A program made the position numbers and the translations under genes. Below are positions 40,093-56,863 of a stretch of DNA of 64,000 nt, in pieces. Source of the DNA: the human T2T-CHM13v2.0 reference genome, Homo sapiens; NCBI RefSeq assembly GCF_009914755.1, contig NC_060932.1. One strand, written 5' to 3'. The first letter of the stretch is position 1. Every line of letters begins with the position of its first letter. A model generated the notes under the pieces. It ran no database searches. It was not told where the DNA came from and saw nothing but the letters and a program-made list of their open reading frames with translations.

Positions 40093-40473
40093 TAAGAAGA
40101 TGTTTACAATGACTTCATGAGTGACGATTCCTCAGGTTCAAAAAAATGAGATTGTTTCAAAGGCAACTTCTGAAGGCATGGCTTCAAATATATTGTATAT
40201 GAGATTCTACTGCTTATAGTTTTGGAGTATTTTGGCTTCTATGTTCACGAGAGATTTATTTTCTACCTAGTAACTTTAAAAAATAGTTTTGGTATTAGGC
40301 CAACAATGGCCTCAGAATTTCAGAAAATGTTCTCTCTGCTTTTGTAACAGTGAATGTGTTTGTTGTCCCTGTAGTTCTATCAATTTTGCTGTGTGTACTT
40401 TGATGCTCTATTTATTGTTAGGTCCATACACACATAGTACTATATCATCTTGGAGAACTGATCCCTTTTTCAC

Positions 40474-40978
40474 TAGAAGGCTCATAGGCAGAAGGGACTT
40501 GCCTTGTCTTGAATGAGACTTTGGACTATGGACTTTTGAGTTAAGAAATGAGTTAAGATTCTGGGGGACTGTTGGGAAGGCATGATTGGTTCTGAAATGT
40601 GAGGACATGAGATTTAGGAGGGGCCAGGGCGGAATGATATGGTTTGGCTGTGCCCCCACCCAAATCTCATCTTGAATTCCTACATGTTGTGGGAGGGACC
40701 CAGTGGGAGGTAATTGAATCATGGGGGCAAGTCTTTCCTGTGCTGTTCTTGTGATAGTGAATAAGTCTCACAAGATATGATGGTTCTAAAAATGGGAGTT
40801 TCCCTTCACAACCTCTCTTGTCTTGTCTGCTGCCATGCGATATATGCATTTCACCTTCTGCCATGATTGTGAGTCCTCCCCAGCCACAGGGAACTCTAAG
40901 TCCAATAAACCTCTTTCTTTTGTAAATTGCCCAGTTTCAGCTAGGTCTTTATCAGCAGCATGAAAACAGACTAATACA
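40474..40978 (+). mobile_element. THE1 internal 3' end (40474-40634) plus THE1C/B-type 3' LTR (40635-40978); 5' part missing
   Basis: ggctcataggcagaagggacttgccttgtc...polypurine tract ggaggggccagggcggaa, then tgatatggtttggctgtg...gactaataca. Confidence 0.9.
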
Positions 40979-40979
40979 G

Positions 40980-43280
<2,301 letters not shown>

Positions 43281-46053
43281 AAGCTGAAACTGGAAGCCCC
43301 ACGATAGTATATATTATGGATACCACACTTAAAGAACTCTCCAAGTTACAGATTACAAGTAATGAATAATTGATCATTACTATCGGTCTGTTGGCTTAAT
43401 TTTTTTTCCTTAACCCAATTTTATTTTACATTGGCTTTCTCAAAGTAAAAAATATGTATTGTAATAATGATTTTTGAAATCAATTATATTATAAATAAAA
43501 TAGGTCTGCACTAAATTAAATTAGAGAAACTGTACATGTTCCAGCAGGTAAGGCAGGAAAATAAACAAGATCAGACTAATCAGGCAAAGGTTTCGAGGGG
43601 ATGAGGAGAAGAATTAAACTACAATAACGATATGGGTGAAATTTAGTAAAAAGAATATATGTTTTGGCAAGTAAAGAGAATAAGAAAGTTAAAAAAACTA
43701 TAATGTAGAAATCATACGACATTTTCATGAGATGGAAGGTGGCTGTCCTGACCAATGTTTTGCCTGTGAATGTACTGGGTTAGATCAAAGACCAAGGGAA
43801 ATGCTATCTTAAGGTAATTAAAATTATGGTGTCATTTTGGTTTGTGTTTTGATTAGAGAATTAGCAATTTAAACACTATGCTGAGGGCAACAAGCATAAA
43901 ATAATAGCAAGTAAGTCCAGGAAGCATTTAAAAATTAGCCTTAGGTCAGTTTTTCCAGGTCAAAGTCTATTGAGAAATTGATACTTCAAAAAAGTATGGA
44001 TTAGACTATACACAAACTAGACTATAATCACATAGCCTAATGTGATTATCTAGCAAGAATACAATGAAATATTATATATGAGAAAAATGTGAGTGAAAAA
44101 ATCTAAATTAGTTGATTGGTCTAATGGGAGAAAAGTATATAAAAATTTACAATTATTTGGAAAGCAGTGGGCAAAATATGCTGCTTTGAAGGTAAAGATC
44201 TGTTAATGAAAGCATTTAGCAATGAAATGTAAATATGAGATGTTTGTCCCACAGATTCTGATCTTGGATTTGTTAAGAGTGTAAATAGAAATATTTACCC
44301 TAATAATCAAGAATATGGCCAAAGTATATATGTATATAAATACATATTATACATATTATGTATATATATATGTGTGTGTGCATATACATAATGTGTAGTC
44401 AACTGTTAATGTCCACAATAGCAAAGGCTAATTAAAGTAATTATTAAATTTCTATTATTATTGTGATGTCACAAGTAATTATTTAAAATCCAAATTTGTA
44501 ATTATTGCTCTTGGTAGATGAAGCTGGAAGAAAGTCTAGTATGTCTTAGTGATTAGGTTTTCCAGTTTAGACAGCAAAGTCCATCACAATGTCTCTTATT
44601 TGTCATCTCCCCTAGAGGAACAACCTGGGCATCTAGGTCACAGGGACTTGTTTTTGGTTCCTAAAATCCCATCTCATCTTTTGTGAGCCAGCCTAGTTAG
44701 TTTCAACATCCCCTTCTTCAGCAGCTTAATATGGCTAGACAAACCAACCTCTTAATGCCTAAAATTTTTCAGCATAAATGGAAAAAATATGAGGTATATT
44801 GACAGTAATCCAATATATACTTCATTTTGTCTGTTTTGTTCTTCTTGTATGATAGTCAGGGATACAAAAAAAATCAGCTCATAATCTAGTAATAAAATTC
44901 TTTTTTTCTCCATTTAAATTACAACTGTTCTGAAGCCCTTACTTAAAATACTATCTATGTTCAGGTTGTCTTAAACATTTTAAAAGTGAAATGTTAACTC
45001 TTAAACCATTTTTAAAAATTATTCTTTAACATACAATGATCTAGGCCTTAGCTAAATTATAAGCAATGGGTAAGAAAAATATGTTAAAATAAATAAATTT
45101 ATTTACAAAATTTAGAGGTTTTTTCCCAAGTTCTGAGTTCTCACTTAAAAGCATGAGATTCAATACAGTTGCTGTAATTTTTTAAACATACATATAATCC
45201 TAATTACTAATAATCTTAAAGCAAATAATCTAACTTCAAACAAATTACTAATCCTGATTCCAAAAAGAAAGTCAAATACAATTTACTAAAATGTTTCACT
45301 GCTATGAACATTATTTATTATTCATTCCTGGTATATATGCAATCCACTCTAGATTTTATGGTAATGAATGATGAGAAATACACTGACATATTGAAATTCC
45401 CCTAATCATCTTTGCTATCTGACTTTGGCTCACTAGAAATATTATAAAGCTTCTTCCAATCTCCAACAACTGGTTTTCACACCCAAGATAACATTTTCCC
45501 TCTTGCTTTCAATCATATCCCAGTAGGAGTCCCTGGATGTTTTGCTTTGACTGGTTGCTCTAGCACAATGAGTAAATATATTCAGGCTTTTGGGAAAAAA
45601 AATTATAATGTTTATTATATTCAATTACAGATTAAAGTTAGCAACCTTTTTCATGTTTATATTTATAGTTCCAGATAAAGTGTAGGATCTTACTGAAAAC
45701 TTTTTACATTAGCTATATATAATGACTTATTTCTTAACTGTATATATATATATATGAAAGTTTAAATGAAAGAGTCTTCTTACATGAATGAATATACATA
45801 TGAGAAGTAATATAATACTAGGAATAATAACCTACATAAATAATTATTTTTGTTTATCCAAAATTTTACATCTTTCATATTCTTTAGGCTTCACAACATA
45901 CTTGAAAGTTAAGAAAAATAGAAATGTGAATTTTACATTTACCCCCCCATATGCAATTCTTCTTTCTTCCATTTTGGCTGCCTCCTTTTAAGTTCCCTAT
46001 TGATAAAAACTTAGTACCTTCTACAAGAAATGTATCCACACAAGCTTAATTAC

Positions 46054-46346
<293 letters not shown>

Positions 46347-47382
46347 AGCTTAACATTTTATTTCGTGAGTATAAAAGGGTTGGGGTTATGAGCAATTATT
46401 ACCCTTGCAAAGTTCATGGATGTTTTATTTTAAAAATCTATGATTTCTACTCCTTTCTTTGGGTCTGAGGAAGTATTGCCAACCTCAGTTGTGTCACCCC
46501 TTATTTTTGCCACTCAGAGGCAAAAGTCGACTAAGGAAAAAAGACAACAACACTCTTGAGTCTCATTTCTTTCCTATTGAATTCAGACATGTACCCACAA
46601 ATCAATTGCTCCCTGAAGAAAAATTCTTCACGGGTCCATATATTCTATGCCCAAACTTTTTATATTCCCAGATACTATGATATTCAGTATGCAAAAGCTC
46701 TCTTTCTTAGACGATAACGGCATTTAATGGGACAAGAAAAACCACCTAAGCCGTATGTCATATAACATTAAAGAAGCAGGCATGACTTCAGTTATGTCCT
46801 GCAGGTTTGTGCAGAAAGCTACTTCCAGAATTGGGATTAGCAAGTAAGATGTTCACTGCAATGACAGTATGTGGTGTCATGCTGAGGTAAAATATCAGAA
46901 GGATATTAGGCAAGTGTGATTCCTCCATTTTCAATCATTTCCTCCAATTCTATTTTTTAAAGATGTAACAATGTAGCCAATAAAACTGCTTAAGAATGAT
47001 AGTCAGAATTGGAAAGGATAGGCTGAAAGATGGACGAATCTGGGGCATCAAAACTTAAGCCTTGTTGAATAATCTCCCTGCCATCAAGTTCTTCCTTAGT
47101 CTGGTGTCCAATTATTCTTTTTCAAATGCATGAGAGGGAGGGATGCATGTCAGAAAACATTCAAAGTGGGAAGATAAATAAAGGTCATACTCATTAAACT
47201 GCACAACGATCTTAAACTCATTCAGTTACAGTAAATAAAGTGAAATTATTATAGAAATGTATACACTCTAAATTTTCCACTTATATTTTTTACCAAGGAA
47301 AAGTGTAATTGCATAACCTTTACAGCTGCATCTAGCAGAAACATTCAGCTATATTGTTTCCAGGTTATAATAGCTTTCATTA

Positions 47383-47985
47383 TAGCACTTAGCTTAAAAC
47401 ACAAACACATTGTACAGTTGTATAAAAATAGTTTCTTTTTTAATTTCTTATTCTGTAAGCTTAATTTTACTTTTATTTTTTATATATGTTTTTACTTTTT
47501 CAACTTTTTGTTAAAAACTAACACACAAACACACATTAGCCTAGGCCTGCACAGGGGCAGGATCATTAATGTCACTGTCTTCCACCTCTACATTTTAACC
47601 CAATGAAAGGTCTGCAGGGGCAATAACAAGCATGGAGCTGTTATCTCCTATGCCAGTAATGCCTTCTAGAATACTTCCTGAAGGACCTTCCTGAGGCTGA
47701 TTAACACTTAACGTTTTTGTTGTTGTTGTTGTTACGTAGAAGGAGTATACTCCAAAATAATGATAAAACTATAGTGTAGTATTTTTAAATACAGCAACCA
47801 CTAACATAGTCGTTTAGTATCCTTATCAAGTACCATGGACTGTACTTTGTGCTTTGACTTTTACACGACTGGCAGCACAGTAGGTTTGCTTCCACCAGCA
47901 GAACCACAAACAAGCTAAGTCACGCCTCACTGCTGTGTATGAGGTTTGCTGTTGAAAGAAATGTCTTTATGTGGTATGTGACAGT
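47383..47985. mobile_element. Tigger3 (Golem/MER7B-like) fragment
   Basis: ttagcttaaaacacaaacacattgtacag, cacacattagcctaggcct, gcatggagctgttatctcctatg, actggcagcacagtaggtttg. Confidence 0.82.
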
Positions 47986-47989
47986 AATA

Positions 47990-48733
47990 ACACATTCATA
48001 AACAATATGTATCTTAAAAATCACTTTCATAACGTCATTCCCAATTTCATCACAAAGCCTTTGCAAATCAGAAAGCTGCATAGCTCATGGTGGCAGACAG
48101 CTTTCTAAAAGTTTACTCTCACTAGATGCTGAATTTGGCAACACAAACAAAGCTGTCAGTGACTTTCCTTGAAGGAACAAGCTCACTTTTTCCAATTTTT
48201 GTGAAAATGTCTGCCAATTAACCAAACTCATGTAATGCTAGTTTGCCGCTCAGTCGTTCTTTCCAGGGAAAAATGCTGTTTCATGAAAAAAGCGATTAAT
48301 TCAACTCACAACTCAAACCATCCCCAGATGGCTTTTTCTGGCAATGGTCCATCATTCTGCAAGTTGCAGCAGAAGTGCTTATGTGAACTTCCTGTCTCGT
48401 CTCACTGAAAATGTGTGCATGCAAAGTTGCAATTTAATAAAAACAACCATTTTTACTGAATCATCAAGAGTATTTTAAAGTGGATCTGGCTTTATTTTTC
48501 ATTCTACCATCATATGGCCATGAGGGGTGGCTTTGAGTACAGTGCAATTCCCGTAACTCATGCCCTTGAGCAAGCAGCCTCAGCACCGTGGCTTATGTTC
48601 CATCAGAGCACATGTGCACACAAGGAAAAGGCACATAACACTCGATTACCATGAAGTAGGCTTTTCATTTAAAGGTCCTCTGGAAGTGTCTCGAAGACCC
48701 TGGGGGGCTATAAACTACACTTTGATAGCCATT
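47990..48733 (-). mobile_element. Charlie1 (hAT) fragment with decayed transposase sequence
   Basis: gaaagctgcatagctcatggtggcaga, tgaaaatgtctgccaa, tcaactcacaactcaaac, tttttactgaatcatcaag, terminus actacactttgatagcc. Confidence 0.75.
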
Positions 48734-49314
48734 TCCTTAAAGGAATGAAATGAAGAGAATTTGGAAATGCAGAGGAAAATAAGCTGGAGAGGAGAAGATA
48801 AATGGCCAGTTTCCAAACATATCAGAAGGAGCAATTTATTAACAAGGCTCTCAAAGCCAGCATGGAAGATGCAGAAAGGGATTGGTCTTCCTGGTCTATA
48901 TTTGCTGGACTCTGACTGTTCGTGTGCCAAGCACACACCATGCCATACAAGAGCTGAGAATATCACTCAATGATTAAGTCATAATTATTCGTTTTCAAAT
49001 ATGTTGAAAATCTAAAAAAAAGATTTTAAAATATTTTGAAAAAGAATAAATTATTGCATTTATATATTATAAAGCCTTTTTATAGAATTATTATGCATTC
49101 CTAGAATTTTTGAGCAAGAGTGGACTTTAGACATCAGATACCTTGTACTTCAGCACAACTCACTTTATAACTGGCAAAATTAAAGTTCAATAAATTTCTC
49201 ACTTCAGCATCTTATAACTTGTCAAAGGCAGAACCAGGTCGAATACTCCAATTTTTGGATTTCACACTTCTTTCTATGTTTGCTGGAGTGAAAATTGTTG
49301 CTTTCCCACCATAT

Positions 49315-49690
49315 CATTTAGTTATACTTTCACCTGATAGTAATAGAAAACCCCATCACACTGACTTAAACAGAGTTTTATTTTTCTCACATAATAAAGA
49401 ATCCAAAGGTATGCATCTATAGAAGTTGTTTCAGGGGCTCAATGATACCAGTTTGACTTGATCTTGTTGACTTTCACTCTTGGTCAGAGGATGACTGTTA
49501 TAAGAAAACCCTCAAGGAAAATTTTTAGATAGGATAAATGAGGACAACAGGCATCAAAGCACCAAAGACTTTTGCTTATAGTTCATCAAATAAGTTTGCC
49601 TGGGAGGAGGCATATTGTAAATTCTAGCCCCTATGGTAGAACCAGGCAAAGAAAGTGAGCTGGGTTTGATGTGGTGTAGATCTCCCTACA
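49315..49690 (-). mobile_element. Ancient MLT1 (J/K/L-like) LTR
   Basis: agtaatagaaaaccc...tgacttaaaca...ttttctcacataataaagaatcca...ggctcaatgata. Confidence 0.5.
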
Positions 49691-49699
49691 GTTTCCGTC

Positions 49700-51333
49700 T
49701 CTCCTACTCAGCAGCTAGTTTTATTTTCTAAGTTTTCCTCTATAACCCTATGGTCTCAAGAGAAGTTGACCACTTTCTTAAATCTATAGGTGTCCCTGAT
49801 GGTCTGACAGTATTTTGTTCTCTTGTCTGCAGCAGGTTTAGTGACTCTAGCCTAAGCAAATCATCACATGACAATCCACTTTCACAAAGATTAAAATTCA
49901 CATCAGCATTAAATTATTTTTTTTAATTTTTAGTTCAGGGGTACATGTGCAGGAAATGCAGGTTTGTTACATAGGTAAATGTGTGCCATAGTGGTTTACT
50001 GCACCTATCAACCCATCACCTAGGTATTAAGCCCAGCATGCATTAACCAGACTTTCTCATACTCTCCCTCCCACCACCCTACCCTGCAACAGGCCCCAGT
50101 ATGTGTTGTTCCCCTCCCTATGTCCATGTGATCCCATCGTTCAGCTCCCACATGTAAGTGAGAAAATGTGATGTTTGGTTTTCTGTTCCTGCATTAGTTT
50201 GTTGAGGTTAAAGGCTTCCAGTTTCATCCATGTCCCTGCAAAGGACATGATCTCATTCCTTTTTATGCCTGCATAATATTCCATGGTATATATGTACCAC
50301 ATTTTCTTTAACCAGTCTATCATTGATGGGCATTTGGGTTGATTCCATCCCCTTGCTCTTGTGAATAGTGCTGCAATGAACATAAGTGTTCATATATCTT
50401 TGTAATATAATAAATATATATTCTTTTGGTATATACCCAGTAATGAGATTGCTGGGTCAAATGGTATTTCTGGTTCTAGCTCTTTGAGGAATCACCACAT
50501 CGTCTTCCAAAATGTTTGAACTAATTTACATTCCCACCAACAGTGTAAAAGCATTCCTATTTCCCCACTACCTCGCCACGATCTGTTGTTTCTTGACTTT
50601 TTAATAAAGGCCATTCTGACTGGCATGAGATGGAGTCTCATTGTGGTTTTGATTTGCATTTCTCTAATGATCAGCGATGTTGAGCTTTTTTTCATGTTTG
50701 TCAACTGCATGAAAGTCTTCTTTTGAAAAGTGTCTGTTCATGTTCTTTGCCCACTTTTTAATGGGAATGTTTCTTCTTTTTTCTTGCAAATTTTTTTGAG
50801 TTCCTTGCAGATACTGGGTATTAGACCTTTGTTGGATGGATAGATTGTGAAGATTATATCCCACTCTGTAGGTTGCCTTTTCACTCTGTTGATCATTTAT
50901 TTTGCTGTGCAGAAGCTCTTCAGTTTAATTAGATCCCATTTGTCAATTTTTGCTTTTGTTGAAATTGCTTTTGGCAATTTCATCATGAGCATTTTACCCA
51001 TCTTCCTCCAACACCTATCAAGGTATTTTTCTGGATCTTCATGAAAATGAACTCCCTCTGCTTTGAGCCTACCATAAGAGTCAGTCATTATTTCTCTGCA
51101 TGGATTCAGGCTAATGGGTCAATATCTTTTTTTGCCACTATCTGAGACTAAAATTGTATTTGGAGAAGGGTAGAACCAGGACAACTGTGTGATAAATCAG
51201 CAAAACATTATAAATCCCTGCCTTCTCATGTCCTACATTGAGACATTATGGTTATATAAGCTAAGATATCTCCTTTATTTTAAGCTAACTTGAATTTTCT
51301 ATTACTTGTAGTTAAACACACCTATCTGACACA
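49700..51333 (+). mobile_element. Ancient MLT1K-like LTR split by an L1PA
   Basis: ctagcctaagcaaatca before the L1. ttttaagctaacttgaattttctattacttgta...tctgacaca after it. Confidence 0.45.
49912..50986 (-). mobile_element. 5'-truncated L1PA (PA7-10-like)
   Basis: ttcaggggtacatgtgcagg...acccatcacctaggtattaagcccagcatgcatt. ORFs 50141-50383, 50492-50710 and 50897-51088 on the minus strand are ORF2 C-terminal peptides. Possible TSD catcagcatt / catgagcatt. Confidence 0.93.
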
Positions 51334-52966
51334 TTAAGAGGCACAATTAGAAACAATAATGGATACAAATAATTGAAGTTTCTGTTCAAAATAAAAATGC
51401 TGAGAACCCAGTATGTAAAGCAATGTCTAGATGCCAGAGGGGATCACAACAAGATGCCAACATTTTTGGGGGGATCTTATTTTAGTATGTAGATAAGAGT
51501 ATAAATTATTAAAGAAGATAAAAATACATACTATAAGGTAACCAAGATTGTTTTAAGGTCAATAAAATGAAGGAACAATGAAAATTGTGAGGACTATTTA
51601 TAATGAGGCAGAGTTTGCATATAAATTTAATGTCTGAGTAGACTATTGTCAGATATAGCTGGATTGAGGAAGAAAGCACATTCTAGCAGAAAAAAAAAAT
51701 AGGCAGCAAAGGCATGAGGACTACTGATATGGGAGCTTATTTGTGGAGTAGCCACTATTCAATTTTTCAGAAGTTTAGTGCACATAAGGAAAAGTAAGAA
51801 TTTATAGCTAAAAATTAAAGAATTCAATAAATTGTAGGGCAGGCTTGGAAACTTTTGAATAAGGGAGCTTTGATTTGAAAATACTGCTCTGACAGTAATA
51901 TTTGGGATTATCTGGAGAGGAGGAGTGCAGGAGACTATTGCCATATTGCAGGTGAAAGTTAACGTGATTATAGGAAAACAGGTTGATTTCTGGTCCAGTG
52001 TGCTTTCCACTTATTCACACAGCCACAAAAATCAGTATGCAAAGCAAAGGACTTCCAAGAGGTTGAGGCTCTGCTGTCTATAAAGTTGTATGCTAGGATT
52101 TTTGTGGGTGTGTGTGTGTTTTAGCTGCAAGTAATAAAATGGACTCTTCTTACTGCAAGGTGAGTTGACTGGATGGGCATTTGAGTATGTCAGAGAATCA
52201 AATGGATAGTTGCAAAATTACACATCACCAATGACAGGGACGTGGACTACTCTGGAATGTTGACCAACGTCCATATCCCTCTGATGTTCAGCCATCAGAG
52301 GAAACATCACCTATATCTTGTTCTAATCATTCTCTTCTCAAGATTCAGATTTTTCATAGAGTATATCTGTCCTGCCTCACTGGATTCCGTACCCCTGTGA
52401 GAGCATTGGCAGCAGGTTAATGTTATCAAAACAAGGTGGCACAGACAGAAACAAGGTAGTCAGATGAAAACAGTATTTATGGTACATTCCTTTCCTAAGA
52501 AAGTAAGCCATTTGGGAAGAGATATATTTACCCTTTATTCCAGATACTGCCAAACCTTATTGGAACGTTAGCACAAAGTAATGCACAGGACAACAGACAA
52601 TATTAAAATATTCCTGAGCTACAAAGCAGACAAAACAAAGAAATGATTTAACATTGCTTTTTCAAGGACAAAGACATAATTTTTCAAAATCACATTTAAT
52701 TCTTTTTTTTAACTTCTCTTCTCATGTTTAAAATATTGTGCTTTAAATATAAAGTTATGTACTAACATAAATCACCATGCCACTCCCCATTTTTCAAAAA
52801 TAACACTACATAGCGGGAAGTTTAGAAAAATGTAGTTATAGTCATTTCTGAAATAACCAGAGACCAAAGGAGAATTTTATATATATATGTGTACATCCAC
52901 CAAATTTTAAAGATGTAGGATTGGAAGACACTTGCGTTTCAATTTTATTTCTATAAAAATATATTC

Positions 52967-53335
<369 letters not shown>

Positions 53336-53540
53336 TTAAAAAATTAAAGGAGTTCCTGACCTCAGTGTATACTAGGGAGTTCCATTACAACCTTTACATG
53401 TAATGCAGATTTGCTTATGCATTTTGGGATCTATAGCAGAAAATAATATTTATGACTGTTAATAATAGAAATAATGACTTTCAATTAAAACAATTAATGG
53501 TGTTAAAGAGGTAATCAAATAAAAAGGGGTCATCAGTGTC

Positions 53541-53880
53541 AGCCTTAATCCAATATGACTAATGTCCTTATAAAAAGGGAAAATTTAGACACAGAAACAG
53601 ACATACACAGAGAGAAGATGATGTGAAGACATAGAGGGAGAATGCTCTGTGAAAACAGGATTGCAGTAATGCATCTGCTAGCCGAAGAACGCCAAAGGCC
53701 GCCAGCAAATGCCCAGAAGCTGCAAAGAGGCAAAGTATATCCCAGGCAGGTTTCAAAGGAAACATGGCCCTCACCAAACGTTGACTGTAGACTTTCAGCC
53801 TCCAGACAGTGGAAAAATACACTTCTGTTGTTTTAAGCCTTCCAGTCTGTTGATACTTTGTTCCAGCCTTAGGAAACCAG
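53541..53880 (+). mobile_element. MLT1C-type LTR (5'-truncated)
   Basis: taatccaatatgactaatgtccttataaaaag...ccagaagctg...cagcctccagac...ttctgttgttttaagcc...taggaaac. Confidence 0.85.
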
Positions 53881-54029
53881 TGGGTAGCATATTTGGAAAG
53901 CCAGTATTCCTATATGCTGGCCATGTTAGTATAATGAAGAACAAACCTAATTGATTCTACATGTCTTTTAATTGTATCTTGTTAATTGATGATAATTTTC
54001 TACGTTGCTAACCTTGACCATCTCGTTAT

Positions 54030-55336
<1,307 letters not shown>

Positions 55337-55370
<34 letters not shown>
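55337..55370. repeat. (TG)17 microsatellite
   Basis: Perfect run, directly visible. Confidence 0.97.
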
Positions 55371-55373
<3 letters not shown>

Positions 55374-55379
55374 TTGATT

Positions 55380-56100
55380 ATAGTAAGTTTTGAAATTGGG
55401 ACATATGAGTTTTCCTTATTAAAAATAAATTTGGAGCATTGATCTTAATTCAGAAATCTTGCTATTTTTTATTTCAAATAATATAATCAATAGATGTATT
55501 TTTTAACATATACAGTGAAACAATCTGAAAATGTTAATTAGGTGTGTTTATGTTTTTGTTTTCACTTATTTGCTGATCTTTCAGTGCATGTCCTTTTCAG
55601 ATTAAAGGCTAATTTCATTCCTAATTTGCTAAGCTGTTAAATTTTATAGTATATAAATAATGAATATTATCAAGTGGTTTTACCATATCTATTGACATTA
55701 TAATAAAATTTTTGCCCTTTACTCTTTTAATATGGGAATTATACTGACTAATTTTTAAATGCTAACATAAACATACTTCATTGCACAAACACACCTTGGT
55801 TGTGACATACAAGACTGCTTCTATATTGGAAGCTCACCATCTGATAATATTTTGTTCAGAATTGTGGCATCTCTGTTTATGAGTTTATCCCTTGCCTTTC
55901 TTGTAACGTTCTCGTCATGTTTTGGTATAGAAAATACTAGCCTCATTCAAGCAGTTGGAATGTTCCTCTTTTTCTTAATATGTGGCAAAATTTTGCAAAA
56001 TATAAATCTTACTTCCTATATTAGTAGATACAAATGGATGAGCAGCCACTTTTAAGGGATGAAATTTTCTACATTTTAAAAGTTTAATTTATGCTTTTAA
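55380..56100 (-). mobile_element. Old L1 (L1ME-like) ORF2 remnant
   Basis: atattttgttcagaattgtggcatctctgtttatgag, tttggtata...actagcctcat. Confidence 0.55.
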
Positions 56101-56819
56101 TGATTAATCCTTTGAAATCCAGATAACAAATATTTTTTCTCAAGTTTCATGTTAAGGAAGTAAGAAATCATAAGACGATACTATTGACCTGTTTATGAAC
56201 TGAAACTGACTGAGATAGCAATTACTCAGGATCATCTGAATAAATTGTTTCTAACAGTTTTCATAACAAGTAATTGCCAGGTGGCAGATGTACAGCAGCA
56301 TGTTTGACTTCTATTTTATTTAGAAAGTAACATACAATGGGCTGGTCTTAAACTCTGGGAAGAGGGTATATATCTTCAAGTGGAGAGCTTTGATTGAGCT
56401 GGGCCTCTCTGTATTGACACAGTTATATTTTAAACAACATTAAGTGATTCTAAATAGCCATTCATCATCGGCATATACTGATCTTAAGCAGTTCTAACTT
56501 GCTTGGCATAAATCTGCATGGGATATTATTATCACAGCAAGGCTTATCTGGATGGAATAAATGATTGCCATAGCAACATCATCCACATATGATAGTTGCA
56601 ATGAAAGGGATGGTAGGAAGAATGAGAAAGACTGCCAAACATTTTTCTTAGCATTAAAAAAATATATATAACCATCGAATGGCCTGATGTTTTCACAAAA
56701 TCCAATTACTTTTTCTTATTTAAAAGGCTTCATTGTCACTGTAGGCATCTATAACTCAAGCATATAGGAATATTTGTGTCTTGTCTGTTATTTAGAGAGC
56801 ATAAATTAGGAGACACGAG

Positions 56820-56863
56820 AACACACGTACACACACATGCACACACACACAAACATACACACA
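56820..56863. repeat. Imperfect (CA)n
   Basis: Directly visible. Confidence 0.8.

Noticed and set aside
44024-44049. 10-bp stem ataatcacat/atgtgattat as a miRNA or terminator
   Set aside because: Too short and AT-rich for a pre-miRNA, and intrinsic terminators are not relevant here.
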